DNA of 64,000 nucleotides from Paraphysomonas bandaiensis (taxonomy: Eukaryota; Protista; Chrysophyceae). Below are positions 24,627 to 38,707 of this stretch, piece by piece (the first letter of the stretch is position 1; each line of letters starts with the position of its first letter). A model generated the notes under the pieces. It did no database searches. It had not been told where the DNA came from and saw nothing but the letters and a program-made list of their open reading frames with translations. The DNA is taken from contig CBFFRP010000532.1 in assembly GCA_965644295.1 (NCBI GenBank), forward strand, positions 1 to 64,000. Reading direction: 5' to 3'. Made by a program: the position numbers and the translations under genes.

Positions 24627-26245
24627 ATAGTTAGCGTAGTTTATATAGCTGCTACTGTTGCGAAATTGGTGTCTTCGATTGTACAGTATGTCTTTGCTTA
24701 CATGCAGTACTAATTATATAAAATTGCAAAGCTATTCTCATATATAGGAGGTAACACTTGCCGGTACAACATCCATTTCGAACCTCGCTCCTTCGAAATG
24801 ATATCTGTTTCTGAGTCTATCTTGCCAACACTAAACCTATAATAAAAAGACATTAGTTCGACGTCAGATATATATTATATATCACTCTCAACATCTGGAA
24901 TGATGTGTAGCACCAATTATACCAGCCAAGCATGCACTATCATAAAGTTTATAAAAACTCCATTTGGACTTACGCAACCATGACAGCAATATTATACCAC
25001 GACAATTTGCTTCCAATCACCCTCTAGCCATTAAAGGTAATGTCATTGTAATTGCGGTGAACTGGACACCCATTAATGAGCCGTCAACGATTACCAGATT
25101 ATCAGGCCCTGCTCTCTTGTCTACCATGCTGTTGATGCAAACCACAAGCCTTGCTTATTAAATTTAATTAAATAGCATACTTTTCAAGCATTGCTCTGGT
25201 TAATTGCCAAAACTATCTTATCATTTGTGCTATACTTCTCTGCTAGTTACTTAGTGAAATGTTGACAACAAACGCTTAAATTATACATTCACTAGCTCAG
25301 TGTCATTGAGTGAATTACAGCTATGTACAATGGAAACTTTTCTATCAAAACTAATTACTTAACCGATAAACTACATTGGAGACTAAATAGTTCTCTGCTA
25401 TACTAATACGATAATAAGTTAGTTTCTCCTTCTGAGCTTCATGTAACACACCATTCTGTACAAATGAATAAGTTCACACAACTATACTGAGGTTGTGATG
25501 CGTAATCAATTACATAGGGTTTGGAAAAGTGATATGTACATCATGTGTAGAGACAGTATGGTGAGAATGGGGCGACTTGAGGAGTGATTTCAAGTTAATG
25601 GCTGAGATAACGCAGGTCAGTGGTTTCGAAATCTCAAGAGTGAGGTAAAGTAAGGTGTAATCTCTCCGTCTCAATTTTGATAATACACAAATGCAGCACG
25701 AACAGAAGGGTTACATAGCACCTGACAGCTAACAATCTCAGCCTTGTCAAGACCAAAAAATACATTGCAGATGAAGTGCTACTCTGAGATGTGTCATGGC
25801 GTGTTACAATCCTTAAGAAAGATGGTGCTACAGTAAGTTGGTGCTACATACATATATCACATGATGTCAATGTATTGGAGATATCTGCAGCACAGTCATT
25901 CTTCAAACATACTACTTGTTTGAGTGGTGTGCATATATATGGATATGCAGCAGTGCAGGATATCCAGCTCGCGTGTCCAGCTTCCAGCTTCCAGTGTCCA
26001 GTTGGACGACCGTACGTACGACTGCATGTACGAGTACAGCAGTATGTAAAGTACATGTACTGTACAGCAGGATGTTCTATGAACTGAATAATCCGGATTT
26101 TCATCCCAAAATCCAATAAATACGGCATTTTAGTAAATTAATTTATCCTGAACTGAGAACATATGTTGCACATCCACACCATGCACATACACCAGCAGTG
26201 GGTGTGTATTAAAGTATTTTTGTGGACAGAAAATAAACAAACGGA

Positions 26246-26270
26246 ATTCCAGAATCATCTCGAATCTTGT
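26246..26270. promoter_or_regulatory. Heat-shock element upstream of HSP60
   Basis: TTC-ca-GAA-tc-aTC-tc-GAA-tc-TTg: five alternating nGAAn units (3 perfect), ~80 bp before the ATG. Confidence 0.6.
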
Positions 26271-26348
26271 CATCATATGCTGCTCTTCGACCTCATGGAG
26301 GTCTTCAATTCACTGGTGGTGCCATTATTTACATAGTATTGTATTGAT

Positions 26349-28312
26349 ATGCTCACTACTCGATCTGTGGTATCAGGTGTAAGGAGTGTAAGGAGGGGAG
26401 GGGTTAGGCATGCATCGGGGAAGGTGATTAAGTTTGGTGTGGAGGGGAGAGCACTCATGCTGGAGGGAGTTAACATACTCGCTGATGCTGTACAGGTACA
26501 TCGCCTATCCACTATATCACTTCACATATCTTCACTTCACTTCATGTGTTTGTATTCTGCCGTATATACTGCTCTCTACTACACCTCGTCTCGTAGCGTG
26601 TCTGGTCGTATGATAGTGACATACATCACACTCTCCGTCCGACAGCGTCCCAATCTCAACTGATATACTTTAACCGCTCTGCAGGTAACTCTCGGTCCAA
26701 GAGGACGCAACGCTATCCTGGATCAGTCGTTTGGTCCCCCTAAGATCACTAAGGACGGTGTGACGGTAGCTAAGCATGTACAGTTCCGTGACAGATACAG
26801 AAACATGGGCGCTATGCTCGTCCGTCAGGTGGCCGCAAACACCAACGATGCCGCTGGGGACGGGACCACTACTGCCACTGTACTGGCACGGGCAATATTC
26901 AGGTACACATCACTGGAATGAATATCTACATGTATACGGGCCTGTAATATGACTGGACTGCTGATAGTGAGGGATGCAAAGCTGTGGCTGCTGGACTGAA
27001 TCCCATGGATCTAAAGAGAGGGGCGCAATTAGCGGTAGATAAAGTTGTGAAAGTCCTGTCTGAGGTGTCACGCGACATCTCCACCAAAGAAGAGATTGCT
27101 CAGGTCGGTACCATCTCTGCTAATGGTGACCGTGAAATTGGAGATTTGCTTGCTGAAGCCATGGAACGCGTCGGAAAGGAGGGTGTAATAACGGTCCAGG
27201 ATGGCAAAACTCTCCACACGGAGCTTGAGGTAGTTGAGGGCATGCGGTTCGATCGTGGATTTATCTCTCCCTACTTTGTGACGGACAATAAAACCCAAAC
27301 TGTTGAGTTCGAGAAGCCTCTCATACTTATTCACCAGAAAAAGATATCTTCTCTCCAGTCCATGATCCCCCTTCTTGAAAATGTTGTCAAGATGCAGAGA
27401 CCGCTTCTTATTATTGCAGAAGATGTTGAAAGCGAAGCTCTCGCCACACTTGTTGTCAATAAACTCCGCGGAGGTATCAAGGTTTGTGCAGTGAAGGCTC
27501 CCGGTTTTGGAGACAATAGAAAAGCAATCATGCAGGACATAGCTGTTATCACTGGAGGACAGGTTATTTCTGAGGAACTTGGCATGTCCCTGGAGAACGT
27601 CGAGATGGCTCATCTTGGTACAGCCGCCAAGGTCAAAGTTTCCAAGGATGATACAATCATTCTTGACGGGGCTGGGGACAAGGCTGCAATTGAGGAGCGT
27701 TGTGAGCTGATTCGCGAGTCAGCTGAGCGCACAACATCTGATTATGAGAAGGAGAAGCTTCAGGAACGCCTGGCAAAGATCGCTGGCGGTGTTGCCGTCG
27801 TTCAGGTGGGTGGCAGTAGCGATGTTGAGGTAGGGGAAAAGAGGGACCGCATTGTTGATGCGCTAAATGCCACCCGCGCTGCAGTTGAGCAGGGAATCGT
27901 CCCTGGTGGTGGAAGCGCTCTTTTATGGGCATCACGCCAGCTGGAGGACGTGAAAGCTCAATGCGTTAACATGGATCAGAAGATTGGTGTTGAAATCATT
28001 GAGCGTGCATGCCGTGCCCCTATCCGCACTATCGCTGACAATGCTGGTGAAGAGGGTGCAGTTGTAGTCGGAGAGATGCTGAAGTCAACCAATGCAGAGT
28101 GGGGATTCGATGCTTCGAAGGGTTCATACTGCAACATGATTGAAGCGGGTATAATGGACCCTACCAAGGTGGTGAGAACTGCTTTGATGGACGCGTTCTC
28201 GGTATCTGGTCTATTGATGACGACGGAGGCAATGGTCACCGACGAACCGGAGGAGCCTGGTACTTCTGGCCGTTCTCCAGGAAGTATGGGAGGCATGGAT
28301 GGTATGATGTAA
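26349..28312 (+). CDS. HSP60: Mitochondrial chaperonin Hsp60/Cpn60 (3 exons)
   Basis: Arg-rich transit peptide, [38 protein letters not shown]-terminal tail. Introns 26496-26684 and 26903-26967. Confidence 0.98.
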
Positions 28313-29062
28313 CCCGCTGCTGCAGCACTGTGGACGAAGAGATACAGATAGTGATTGGAGGTTTTGCATGACTATTAGCTAGTTTGAAGGATTAGTCTTC
28401 GTGTTGGTCATGTCTAATTGCGCTGTATTTATTGTGTCCCTATTGTAGTTCTTAGTGCAGAGATAGTTTAATAATGTACTTTACTGTTGATGTTGCAATT
28501 AATTTTTCTAGCCTTGTGTCATCACTTTTCTAGCTTTTCATAGGAAATATTGAGTTGCTCTTTTGCGTGTAGGCAAGGCAAGGGGGCAGAGCGTATTGAT
28601 ACGAATTACGAATCAATATCAAATATCAACAAACGTGAAAACAATTTCTACTCTAATGAAATATATTTCACGGTGTCCTGTCACTATGCTGAGTAGTGTG
28701 TATGGAACATTATATATTTGTCTCGATTCAAGATATCAAGGAAACATGCAACCCTTCTCTCAACACAAAATGGTCAATTAATATCACAAGTATGCAAGCA
28801 TGGGTTGTAGGCAAAATTAAATTTTTCAAAATAATGTTAAAATTTACTGAACAACCGTCTCGTTGTGTTCTTTTAGTTATGGATATATCTTAACTTACAA
28901 TATATCAATGAGATAACAAACCACTCTTGGAATAAGTTCAACACAGGCTAACTATGACTCTTGAGCACAGCCGAATCTAGCACTTAGGCAATTTCACCTC
29001 TTTCTGGCAATCTGAATGTAAAATAAATACCAAACTAAAGTCACGAGTAATCCACATACTAC

Positions 29063-32000
29063 TTATTCTGTATACGATTGGGCCATGGCAGCTAGGTCAC
29101 CGATATGAAGTCCAGCAATATCCAGCATCCTTGCTGCGCTCGAGAAAGTTGGTGCAGCCAAGTGTTTAAGTCGACGGTCACTCTCGCTGCGTGTGACTTT
29201 TTTGCCTTTTCTCTTTGTACTTGATCCAGACCCAGTGCTAGCACTGAGATCAACGTCCGTCATTGATTTGTTCATCCGACCAGCGCTCTGAGACCGACGA
29301 GGTTTTGAGTCCAATACAAGAGACGACGATACCAATTTGCCATCTATGCACAAAAACAGTAAGCGTCTGTACGAAAAAACTCAAGCACTACATACCTCGC
29401 TTTCCGGAAGACGATTTTTTCCGTCGTGGTTCCTTCCTCGCTCGCTCTGCTATCATCGCTGCAGTAGCTGAGTTCGAGGTATACTTTACCCTCATTCTAG
29501 TTGGAGCGGAGCCGCAACGAGTTTTGTGAGATTGATATCTCCCACTAGCGTTCCATTCTTTTGCCAACGCGGGAGCATCTGTAACCTCAGCGTACACCAC
29601 TTTCCCACCTTGTATCACAGTTGAACCCCCAGCGATTACGTGTTTCGAAGAATCCACAGGGTTAGACGCATCTGAACGACTGCTGTCACCAGTAAGGCTA
29701 TTCGGTCGTTGTTTCGAATCTTTTTCCTTTTCCCCGCTTTTACTTCCACGTCCCCGATGCTTTTCTGCTTTATTAGTACTGGCAGAAGATTTGCTGGGTG
29801 AAGTTCTACCACCAGAACTGGGAATGTCTTTGCTGCGGCGGGTGTCAATTCTATCATTTTCTCTAGAACGGCGTTTCGATCCTGGAGAAGTAGATCTCGC
29901 AATGGCTCCAGTTGACTTCTTTGGTGACTTCTTGGGAGAACCCGCACCATTCGAAGAGTCATGTCCGGCTTCAGTGTACTGTGCCATTAACTCCCGAAAC
30001 GATTGTAAAAATTCTTTATTTAGATGACCACTACTTGTGATAGGTAGCTGGGAGTAATCGATGTCAGTGTCAAGTAGAGCTTTCTCGAGATATTCAGGGG
30101 AATCCTCAACATCGAAGTCAGATGGAGTTAAATCATCCCCACTAACAGCGAGACCGTTTTCATCAAATTGGATATCGGAGTGCCCGTCGTTCTTCTCTCG
30201 ATTTTCTGGAGAAAAGGCTTTGACAACTCCTGAATGATCTTTCAATACTTCATCCAGCCTCCCCGCCATCCTCTCTGCTGCTGCGTTACTCATATCAAAT
30301 AAATTCTCCTCAGTTGTCAAGAAGTTCACTCCGTTGTCACCAATGACATGAGTTTGCATTGTTGAACGCATTAGATGAGACATAAACGCAGCATCAGACT
30401 CAGTATCCTCCACAGCTGACGGAGGCGCCGATGCCATTATGGCGTCAAACAAACGTCGATCTTCGTCTCTTTCATCATCAGATGTTAACGCTGAGATATT
30501 CACCTCAGGCTCATCGGGAGGTTCATCATCTATATCCATGCTTGGAGAGGGAGGAATCACATGATCTAGATACTCGTCTGATGAATCACTCGAATCTTCA
30601 GTGTATGACTGCGTGTATCGAATATTGGGACTTCGATCCACCCCTGATCTGCCTGGTTGGGGAATATTAACAGCCATCCTATTCGAGTACATCTCTACTC
30701 GCATTGATGGGCCTTTTTTACCATCGGACCGTCCGCAGTTGTCACCCTCTGATGGTGAAGTAACTTGATCTGCCACCTTCCCTATGTCCCTCGGATATGG
30801 TATTTGCTCCTGGAACCCTTCCGCCAGATACGGTGACGGCGGTATATGAAGAGTACCACGAAGAGCTGTCTCCGTCTCTTCATTGTCAGACTCGTCACTA
30901 GATTCTCTTGATAACGCGTCCATAACATCGCATAGACTTGGCGCCACTGCAGCATCAGTCATGAGACTCTGCTGCTGAGTAGCATCGTCCTCTCCTTCAG
31001 CACTACCATTGCCACTATTTCCATCATCATTATCTTCCTCCGAAGACGTACAAGGGTCTCTATCGCGGTACTTCGGGCTGCCTTTCTTTTTACCCTCTAG
31101 AGAGCTTTCCTTATTGCCAGGAGAGCTGGAAAAGCGGTTCTTCGCACTAATATCGGGACTACTGAGTGGGCTCTCTCCCGCCGGAAGCACAATGAGGTTC
31201 TCCAGCTCAGCTACAAGAATCTCATCTATACTAGGCTGTGCGCTTAACATTCTTGATCCCGATCCCGGAGAAATGCTTTCCATCTGATCTTCTAGTGAAT
31301 CGACGTCAATCCCACCAGAGTCTTTGTGAGTGATGGATACGTACTGGCCATTCAGAAGAGTCGACCCAAAATCATCGGGTAGGTCTTCAGCTCGAATTAT
31401 ATCTTCTGTAGCTGGAGAAGGCGGCGCAGAGCCATCATCTCTCCCAAGATCAAAATGAGGGGACTGACTAGGTGACTGAGACGAGCACGATGAATACACA
31501 TCCGAACCGGCCACAGCTGCACTGGTGGCTACGCTTGCCGGCTGAAATCTGACTTCTCCGGGGGCACTGCTGTCTTCATCACACACACTGCGCAGCTCAG
31601 CCTCTTCCACACTTTCCACGTATTCTGTGTCTTCGTGTCGTCCCTCTTCCTCATCATCCGCTTGAAACCCCTCACTCTCATCGTCACTGCTACTGCTACT
31701 ACAGGAGTCTGATCGTTTGTCACAATTGCTGTCGGATGATACCTCACCAGATGACTGTACCCCAGTACTGATACTCGTACTATCGTTCATATCACTTAAA
31801 TGCGTCATATTAGGCATCTTATACGGTGAGCCAAGAGCCCCAACAGTTCGCCTAAATACATCATCCATCGGGCTCTTCGGTAAGTCCCAGGCATCAACTC
31901 CAGCATCATTAGAGCGTTCATGCTTCTTTTCATAGCTACACGGCCCCGGGAATTCCTCTGAACACGTATCTGATCCCACTGTAGCCATGGTGCTTCCAGG

Positions 32001-33930
32001 ATAAGGAGATTGTACCTGTCGTAAGTCCTCGACATCAGACTCGGTTTCCATCGCCAAGACCTGTCGGCTAGTTGACTGCCGAACTTCCTCATCCTCGTTA
32101 CTTTTGTCGCTATCCCGATGCAATCTTTCGACCTCCGCCATTTCCTCCTCTCGCAAAGTGATTTCCTTAACATATCTGTCCACTAAGTCGCTCTGGGCAC
32201 TGCCAGGAACGACGGCAGAGCCATCGGACACGGAGCGTCGCATCTCCCCTTCATCTTCCTCTTCAATCGATGAAATGGGGTAGAGGTGGGAATCAAGTAT
32301 CTGTGCCTCCAGCATGTCCTGAAAAGCCAGATATTAACAGTTAACAACGACATAACAACAGTAGAAGCGCCACTATAACTGCTACATACCACTAGAACTG
32401 CAACCATATCGTCTGTCTGCTCCGCCCCCACAAATGAAGAGAGAACTGGCCATATGTGCTGATCTATATCTCTTGCTACAGGGGAGCTAATATTAGAACC
32501 TGGGAATGAAGAGTTGATAGAGGGTGAACGAAGTTCGAGAGAGAGTTCAATCGACACAGCGCGGCACACCTGTAAAAGAAAGAATCAAATATGCGTACCA
32601 CGGGATAAGGTAAATACTATATTTTAAAATCATCTCACAGCAAGCGGGCTCACAAAACTTTACGCACCCTCTTAAGTAGAGACAGGGATAGTTGTTTAGA
32701 GCCTGTATCATTGTCCTCATTGCGTCCGAATCGGGTTTTTTCTGGAGTGCGACACGACTCAAACTCCACTTGCTGTAAAACATGTGCAACCGCGTTTTCG
32801 AGGAGCCTTCTGAGAGAAAACTCATTCGGGTCTACGGCATCAACTTTTAGTGGAGAGGAAGTCGCGTTAAACCCCTGCACCATATCAACCGTCGAAACAC
32901 TGCTACCAGCACTGAGCAGGGAGTTCAATCCCTTCTTTTTCGCTTCAACCTCATCGCCCAAAGAATTTTCTTCAAGGTCGTCAAGATCGCTGGGTTCTAA
33001 ATCGTATGCATCACTACCATCGGGATCGAGATCTGGTCCGGGTGAAGACTTCTGCGAAGACACCAGTGACGAGGATTGTGTTGGAAGGTTCGATGGTAGA
33101 GACGAGGCAGACGAAACTACAGAGGCAGTAGATGATGATGCAGATGGAACTTTAGGCAGTACCACTGATGACACATTCGACACCAGGGCTTGAAACAGAT
33201 CATCACAAGTAACCTTTTCTCCATTCACAGTGGGATCTGAATGATGTATGCGGTGCATGTCTTCACTCAGAGCACGTGCCCACTTGTCTTCCGTTGTTGC
33301 AGAACGCTATAGGATGATAACAAGTGAATAGATACAAATGAAACCATTCAAAGTGCTTACCATCGGACTTGGAGAATCATTGGAGCTCTGACTGCCCTGC
33401 TGCTCCGAATCGGAATAGCTTGTGTACCCGTGCGAATCATCCGAATACTCGTCATATTTATAACCATCATGTGCTTTATCCTCCTACACGATCCAAAATA
33501 TAAAGTAAAAAGGTGTTCATATAACGTAAAAAGGTAATATGAACATAGAACACAGTACCGGTTGAGCAGCAGGGGGGGGTATGGTACCCAACGCTGATGG
33601 GGGAAGTTTATCTTGGGGCGCTACACTGCCCGTGTGTTGTTTAACTTCTGGTGCCTCGTTGCCATCATCCGCAGATAGAGTGCTGAATCCATGAAATACA
33701 CACACGCATAACTCTGTGAACAGTGCCTTTATAATAGTCGCATCATCAAATTGAGTCGCGGTGGAAGAGAAGAACTCGTCCAACACAACTCTGGCTTGTG
33801 CGGGAGACTTGGCCACTACACTCACATATTAAAGGGAACAAAATGACAGGATTTACATTATTGAACCTGCGCATGAGCGTATGGTGCTGTTAATTTTTTG
33901 TTTTAGTTCTAAATCCAGTATTCCATTCAT
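29063..33930 (-). CDS. Large acidic Ser/Asp/Glu-rich, probably disordered hypothetical protein (multi-exon)
   Basis: 975-aa ORF 29388-32315 plus collinear ORFs 32650-33258, 33517-33825 and 29063-29353 separated by short intron-like gaps. Probable ATG at 33930. No recognised domain. Confidence 0.75.
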
Positions 33931-34252
33931 ATTCACCCGATAACTCGGCGTAGATCAGATATACATTCAAATCAATGGCCTATACTCATAGACTGTATTT
34001 ATGATAACCAAGTTATATAATAGCGCCGATATGCTTGTACACTTAACGCCTATTGGCTCTTAACAGAGAGCCGTATTATCTTACTCATAGATCACACAAG
34101 AGTCAGATACACACCAACGCAAGAACGTGGAGCTCCTCATGTATAATACCCATACCTACGCTGCCTATATACATACATACATACATACATACAAAGGTCA
34201 ACTGCCAAAAAATGTCGCTAAAAAACATTTGCTACTGGCTGTATGGTACATA

Positions 34253-34703
34253 TACATACATACATACATACATACATACATACATACATACATACATACA
34301 TACATACATACATACATACATACATACATACATACATACATACATACATACATACATACATACATACATACATACATACATACATACATACATACATACA
34401 TACATACATACATACATACATACATACATACATACATACATACATACATACATACATACATACATACATACATACATACATACATACATACATACATACA
34501 TACATACATACATACATACATACATACATACATACATACATACATACATACATACATACATACATACATACATACATACATACATACATACATACATACA
34601 TACATACATACATACATACATACATACATACATACATACATACATACATACATACATACATACATACATACATACATACATACATACATACATACATACA
34701 TAC
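34253..34703. repeat. (TACA)n microsatellite, ~450 bp
   Basis: Uninterrupted TACA array; short companion tract at ~34170-34193. Confidence 0.99.
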
Positions 34704-34789
34704 CGACATACAGTACATACGTACATACCTTCACAGGTACTCTCTTAAGATCACACTGCACTAGCAAAGGAAGCCCCTGCTTTTCCTCA

Positions 34790-36814
34790 ATGATGAAGTT
34801 AGCTATTGTAACTACAGTGAGGATGCCTGACACCATGACACAGCCTGTGTACAGCTTCATAGCGTATCATCTGTCTATTGGGTTTGATCATATATATATG
34901 TTCTTTGACTCTGAAGAAGACGCTTCTTCATCCATCGCAGCGACATTTGGAGATAATGTTTCGGTGTTTCATCGCACATCTAGTTTGCTGGATAAACAGT
35001 CGCAGATGTGCTCTATATATCAAGATGTTAAAAGTTTTCTGCATGATGAGGTGCCTGCGAGACAGATGCTGAATGCGCAGTATGCTTCCATCCTCGCCAC
35101 AGAAATGGGATTCTCATGGCTTTTGCATATCGATATTGATGAGGTGTGTGATCTCTTAGAAATCGTATTATTTCTCATATTAACTTCAAGGTGTTTTTTT
35201 GCCCTCCTCCTCTGACTGTTAAAGATCACTTTGAATCCGTGTCCTCTCAAGATGTTGTGTCTGTTGTGTATATGAATCATGAGGGTATGTTCAAACTATG
35301 TATGACTATATGATGCAGTGAAAGTATCCTTAGGTGTTCCCGAGTCTTTCGATTCCGCAGACTATTTCAAGGACATAACTTTATTCAAGCGACACCACTA
35401 CAAGTATAAATCGCAATGTGTCCATATAGGATATTTTCTTTGTAATTATATCGAAGTCCTTATCATTGACACCTTTTATTTAGTATTTCTATGTCTGCCG
35501 ACGCGGAGCGAGGTATTGGGTTCTGGACAAACCGCACCACCCACAGGCAGGTGTGTGGGTGTGTGAATGACGCTACACAATACTGCAACTCTTCCTGTTA
35601 CAATGAAAGAACTAGTAATAGGCAGTAACTGGTGCAGTTTAACTTGTAGATGTTGTGTAGTACATGTTGGTGTATGACAACGGCAAGTCGAGCATACGGT
35701 TGCGATGCCCAGATGGATCGGACGGCTTCGCAATCCCACAGGATGTTCACAGGTGCATATGTACCCTTGTTATTATGACACAATGAACACGGTGTTTTTG
35801 TGTACAGGTGGAATTTCGTGAGTACGTCAAAGCCTCAACATCGATGGACTCCACACACAACTTTCTTGGACCCGCGGAACCTTCATCTTAAAAGAACAGA
35901 CACTGGATCTGGTATGATGGTCGTAGCAAGATGTGAATTACGGATAAAGTCTTATAGTGTACTATGTATTTATATACAGTAGACTGAGTGCGTATACTAC
36001 TGTTTGTTTTATAACTTTTTTTGTTTATTAGAAAGTCTGCAAATGCTTGAGGGACAACAGCCTTGTATTCTTCATTACGGTGTGATATAATGTTTGATGC
36101 TGTGTAAGTCACTTCTAAGTGGTATATGTCCAACAGTAACGTGCGGCTTTAGCTGGTTGGTCGCTAAATACCGTATTTTAGGGAGGTAATATTTAAGTGT
36201 GTCAATGTCTTGATATGTAGCATAATATGTAGCGCAGATTTCCTGACTATTGGTTTGGTGGAAAGCTTCCAATGGCGAAGAGCTTTCACTCTGACGCCCG
36301 CGATATTATATCCGGTAGTGACTCTGGTGTAAGTGCTGACCTACGGACGATTAGTTGTGAGAAAAGCAAATCTCTGGAAAGAGCTGCGAACTTTTATTTG
36401 AGTCAAGTGTGCTTGTTGTGTTCGCCTGAGCTTAATATCACAAATGCCGAGTACGAGGTTGATTTGGCCTCTGTTCGTGAGAGGCATGTCGTCGATAGTG
36501 TGTTAAATGTGCATAGACGAGAGAGAGACTGCCAACTTAGATCTGGTGTTTTAATGCGCGTCGAACTGATTGCAAATATTCTGCGGATGCTGTCCGAGAA
36601 AGGAAACCCGGTGGATATGTCTGAGCTAAGGCATGTTGCTGCACATGCGATACATGAGATACCTATTGACAATATTGACTCGAACTATGATATTGACAAG
36701 CCTAGTGGTTATTCACATTCTGCCTCAGTGGCTAGTGGTGATTTGAACTACCAATCACTCAGCGATATGAATAAGTTGCGGATAATTAGCCAATCAGCAT
36801 TTGCATTCTTGTAG
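34790..36814 (+). CDS. GT-A fold glycosyltransferase-like protein (Glyco_tranf_2_4 / KOBITO1-like), multi-exon
   Basis: FIAYHLSIGFDHIYMFFD, ARQMLNA, WLLHIDIDE (DxD), NHE|GVPE, YDNGKSSIR. Confidence 0.8.
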
Positions 36815-37495
36815 TATACCTGGGAGGCGTTTTTTGGAAAAACGTTGCTGAACGGCATCTTTAAGGTTTCAAATAATGATTATAGAATTTTGCATGTAAT
36901 GTAAATCAAATGAATTGTAAATATTATTGATTGTGCTATCGAATTCTAGTTTATTATCTGACATTTATTGAAGCTGTAGCCAATGTGTACTGCATTATAA
37001 GCAATAGAGTGACCAGTATTTGGCCTTCTCTTTGCAATGCTATATTTCCTTTGGTGGGATTGATTCTCATTACTTTTATCTTCCACATCAAGTGTTACAC
37101 AGGAATACAGTTTAGCTTACTACGTGGACATAGCACGACAAATTGCATGTACAATCATGCTCTTTCCTCATCTCCTTATTCCGGCACAAACTTTTGATGT
37201 ACTATCCTCCGCATCTCCGCATATAACCCTTCTGTATATATCTGCCCCTCCCATCGATGTTGTGCTTCTTAGCTGCATATAGTGTAATAGCTTTATCGTC
37301 GGTTCTCCTATCGCAAATTGTTTTCATACAAACTGACTCCAATGTCAAGTTATGACACAATTGGATAATTTACTAAGTTAACGGGACGTGTGTTCACTCA
37401 TTAATCTTGTTATAACTATTATAATCAATATCTCTTCTCATTCATCAATTTCATGTTACTTCTATGTCCAATCATTTCTCGTACGATCTTACATC

Positions 37496-38707
37496 AATTG
37501 AAAATCTGATTATTAAGAAGCGCAAGCTTGTGCGTTGCCGCGACCAACCTAACAACTCGCGCGACACTATGCATAACATGACTCTCATCTAGTTACTATT
37601 GCATGCACCGACAAGTGCTCAACTATACAACACGATTTAGTTAGCTACATGGGCATACGACGAGTTGCGTGTTCAAGCCGGATCCTACGCTCCTGCCCAA
37701 TCTACTTGTCCTAACACAAACAACTTGCGGTCGGTGTCTTCGGCATATGTCTCCTGTATATGCGGCAGATCTTTAGGGCCCTCTTCAAGGTGGTGTTCAC
37801 AGCAGCAGGTAGTCTGGAAGGGAGAATAAAGTAGCTCTATAGCGCCGGGTCCTCCCACGGTCACGAAGCGGTCTCACTGGTGCAATTTTGCACACTGACG
37901 CATGAAACAGACATCTACCAAAATCTGTTACAAATTCAAGCTGACTCCAATGTCTTCCCTCCATTGTGTGCACTCGCCCAGCACATGCATCCACCTTGCA
38001 CTCTTCTCCCGAGTGACTTACACTAGTAGGAAACCGTGCACCTTTCCCGCTCGGATGAAAACCTACTAAGCAAGAATAACATAAAAGCACCACAAATGTA
38101 CCTGACACTGCTTGGAGAACAGTGCCAGAGCCTTGATATAATCTCAATGACCTGGGTCAGGAGAAAACAAGACTAGGCAGTAGACGTGTGAGAAGACATG
38201 ACAGGTCTAATCACATCATTGCCATTGCCATGCATCCATGAGGAAAGTTTGACGCATTACCTCGGTCATTGGCCACACAGATACCGAATAATGTGAACTC
38301 ATACTCAGCATCAATCACTCAAAGCAAACGCAGGGAGCAAGCAGAATGTTGATATACCTGACATCTGCTGACTTCAGGTGTTTTGAGTTCTTAAGGTGAA
38401 CATCCCGGATGCTTAACTTCAGCAGGCAGCCCAATACCCCGGTTACCCTTCTGGTGGGCCCTGTCCCGGATGCCCTTGAGGTGGGCCCATTCCCGGATGC
38501 CTGTTTATTCGTCAGGGCCCAAAGACGTCTACACAAGTGACACTTATTAGTGTCCCTTGTACCACACAAGCATTAGGCTATGAGTGGGCAGAACAATATA
38601 TCTGCTGACTATATAATATGCGGCTCACGTTAGTTTCCCGGAGAAATATCTCCGGTACTTATCCCCCAGAACACCACGAAAAGGTGCGAGCCCGACTTTG
38701 TTGAGGG
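37496..38707 (-). mobile_element. Ribozyme-headed non-autonomous retroelement, long form (1212 bp), copy 3
   Basis: Exact 12-bp TSD CGATCTTACATC (37484-37495 / 38708-38719). Minus-strand 5' end CCCTCAACAAAGTCGGG and 3' end CTTAATAATCAGATTTTCAATT are shared with the short copies. Confidence 0.93.
38622..38707 (-). ncRNA. HDV-like self-cleaving ribozyme (predicted)
   Basis: P1 CCCTCAAC/GTTCTGGG (2 mismatches); P2 GGCTCGC/GTGAGCC; P3 ACC/GGT; L3 TTTTCGT; P4 CCGGAGA-TATT-TCTCCGG; J4/2 CTAA with the candidate catalytic C. Confidence 0.72.

Noticed and set aside
27068-28296. Antisense ORFs over HSP60, and similar ones over other long exons
   Set aside because: Opposite-strand shadows of real coding sequence.
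34053-34860. YIHT/MYVC repeat ORFs (also 44986-45684)
   Set aside because: Translations of (TACA)n microsatellites.
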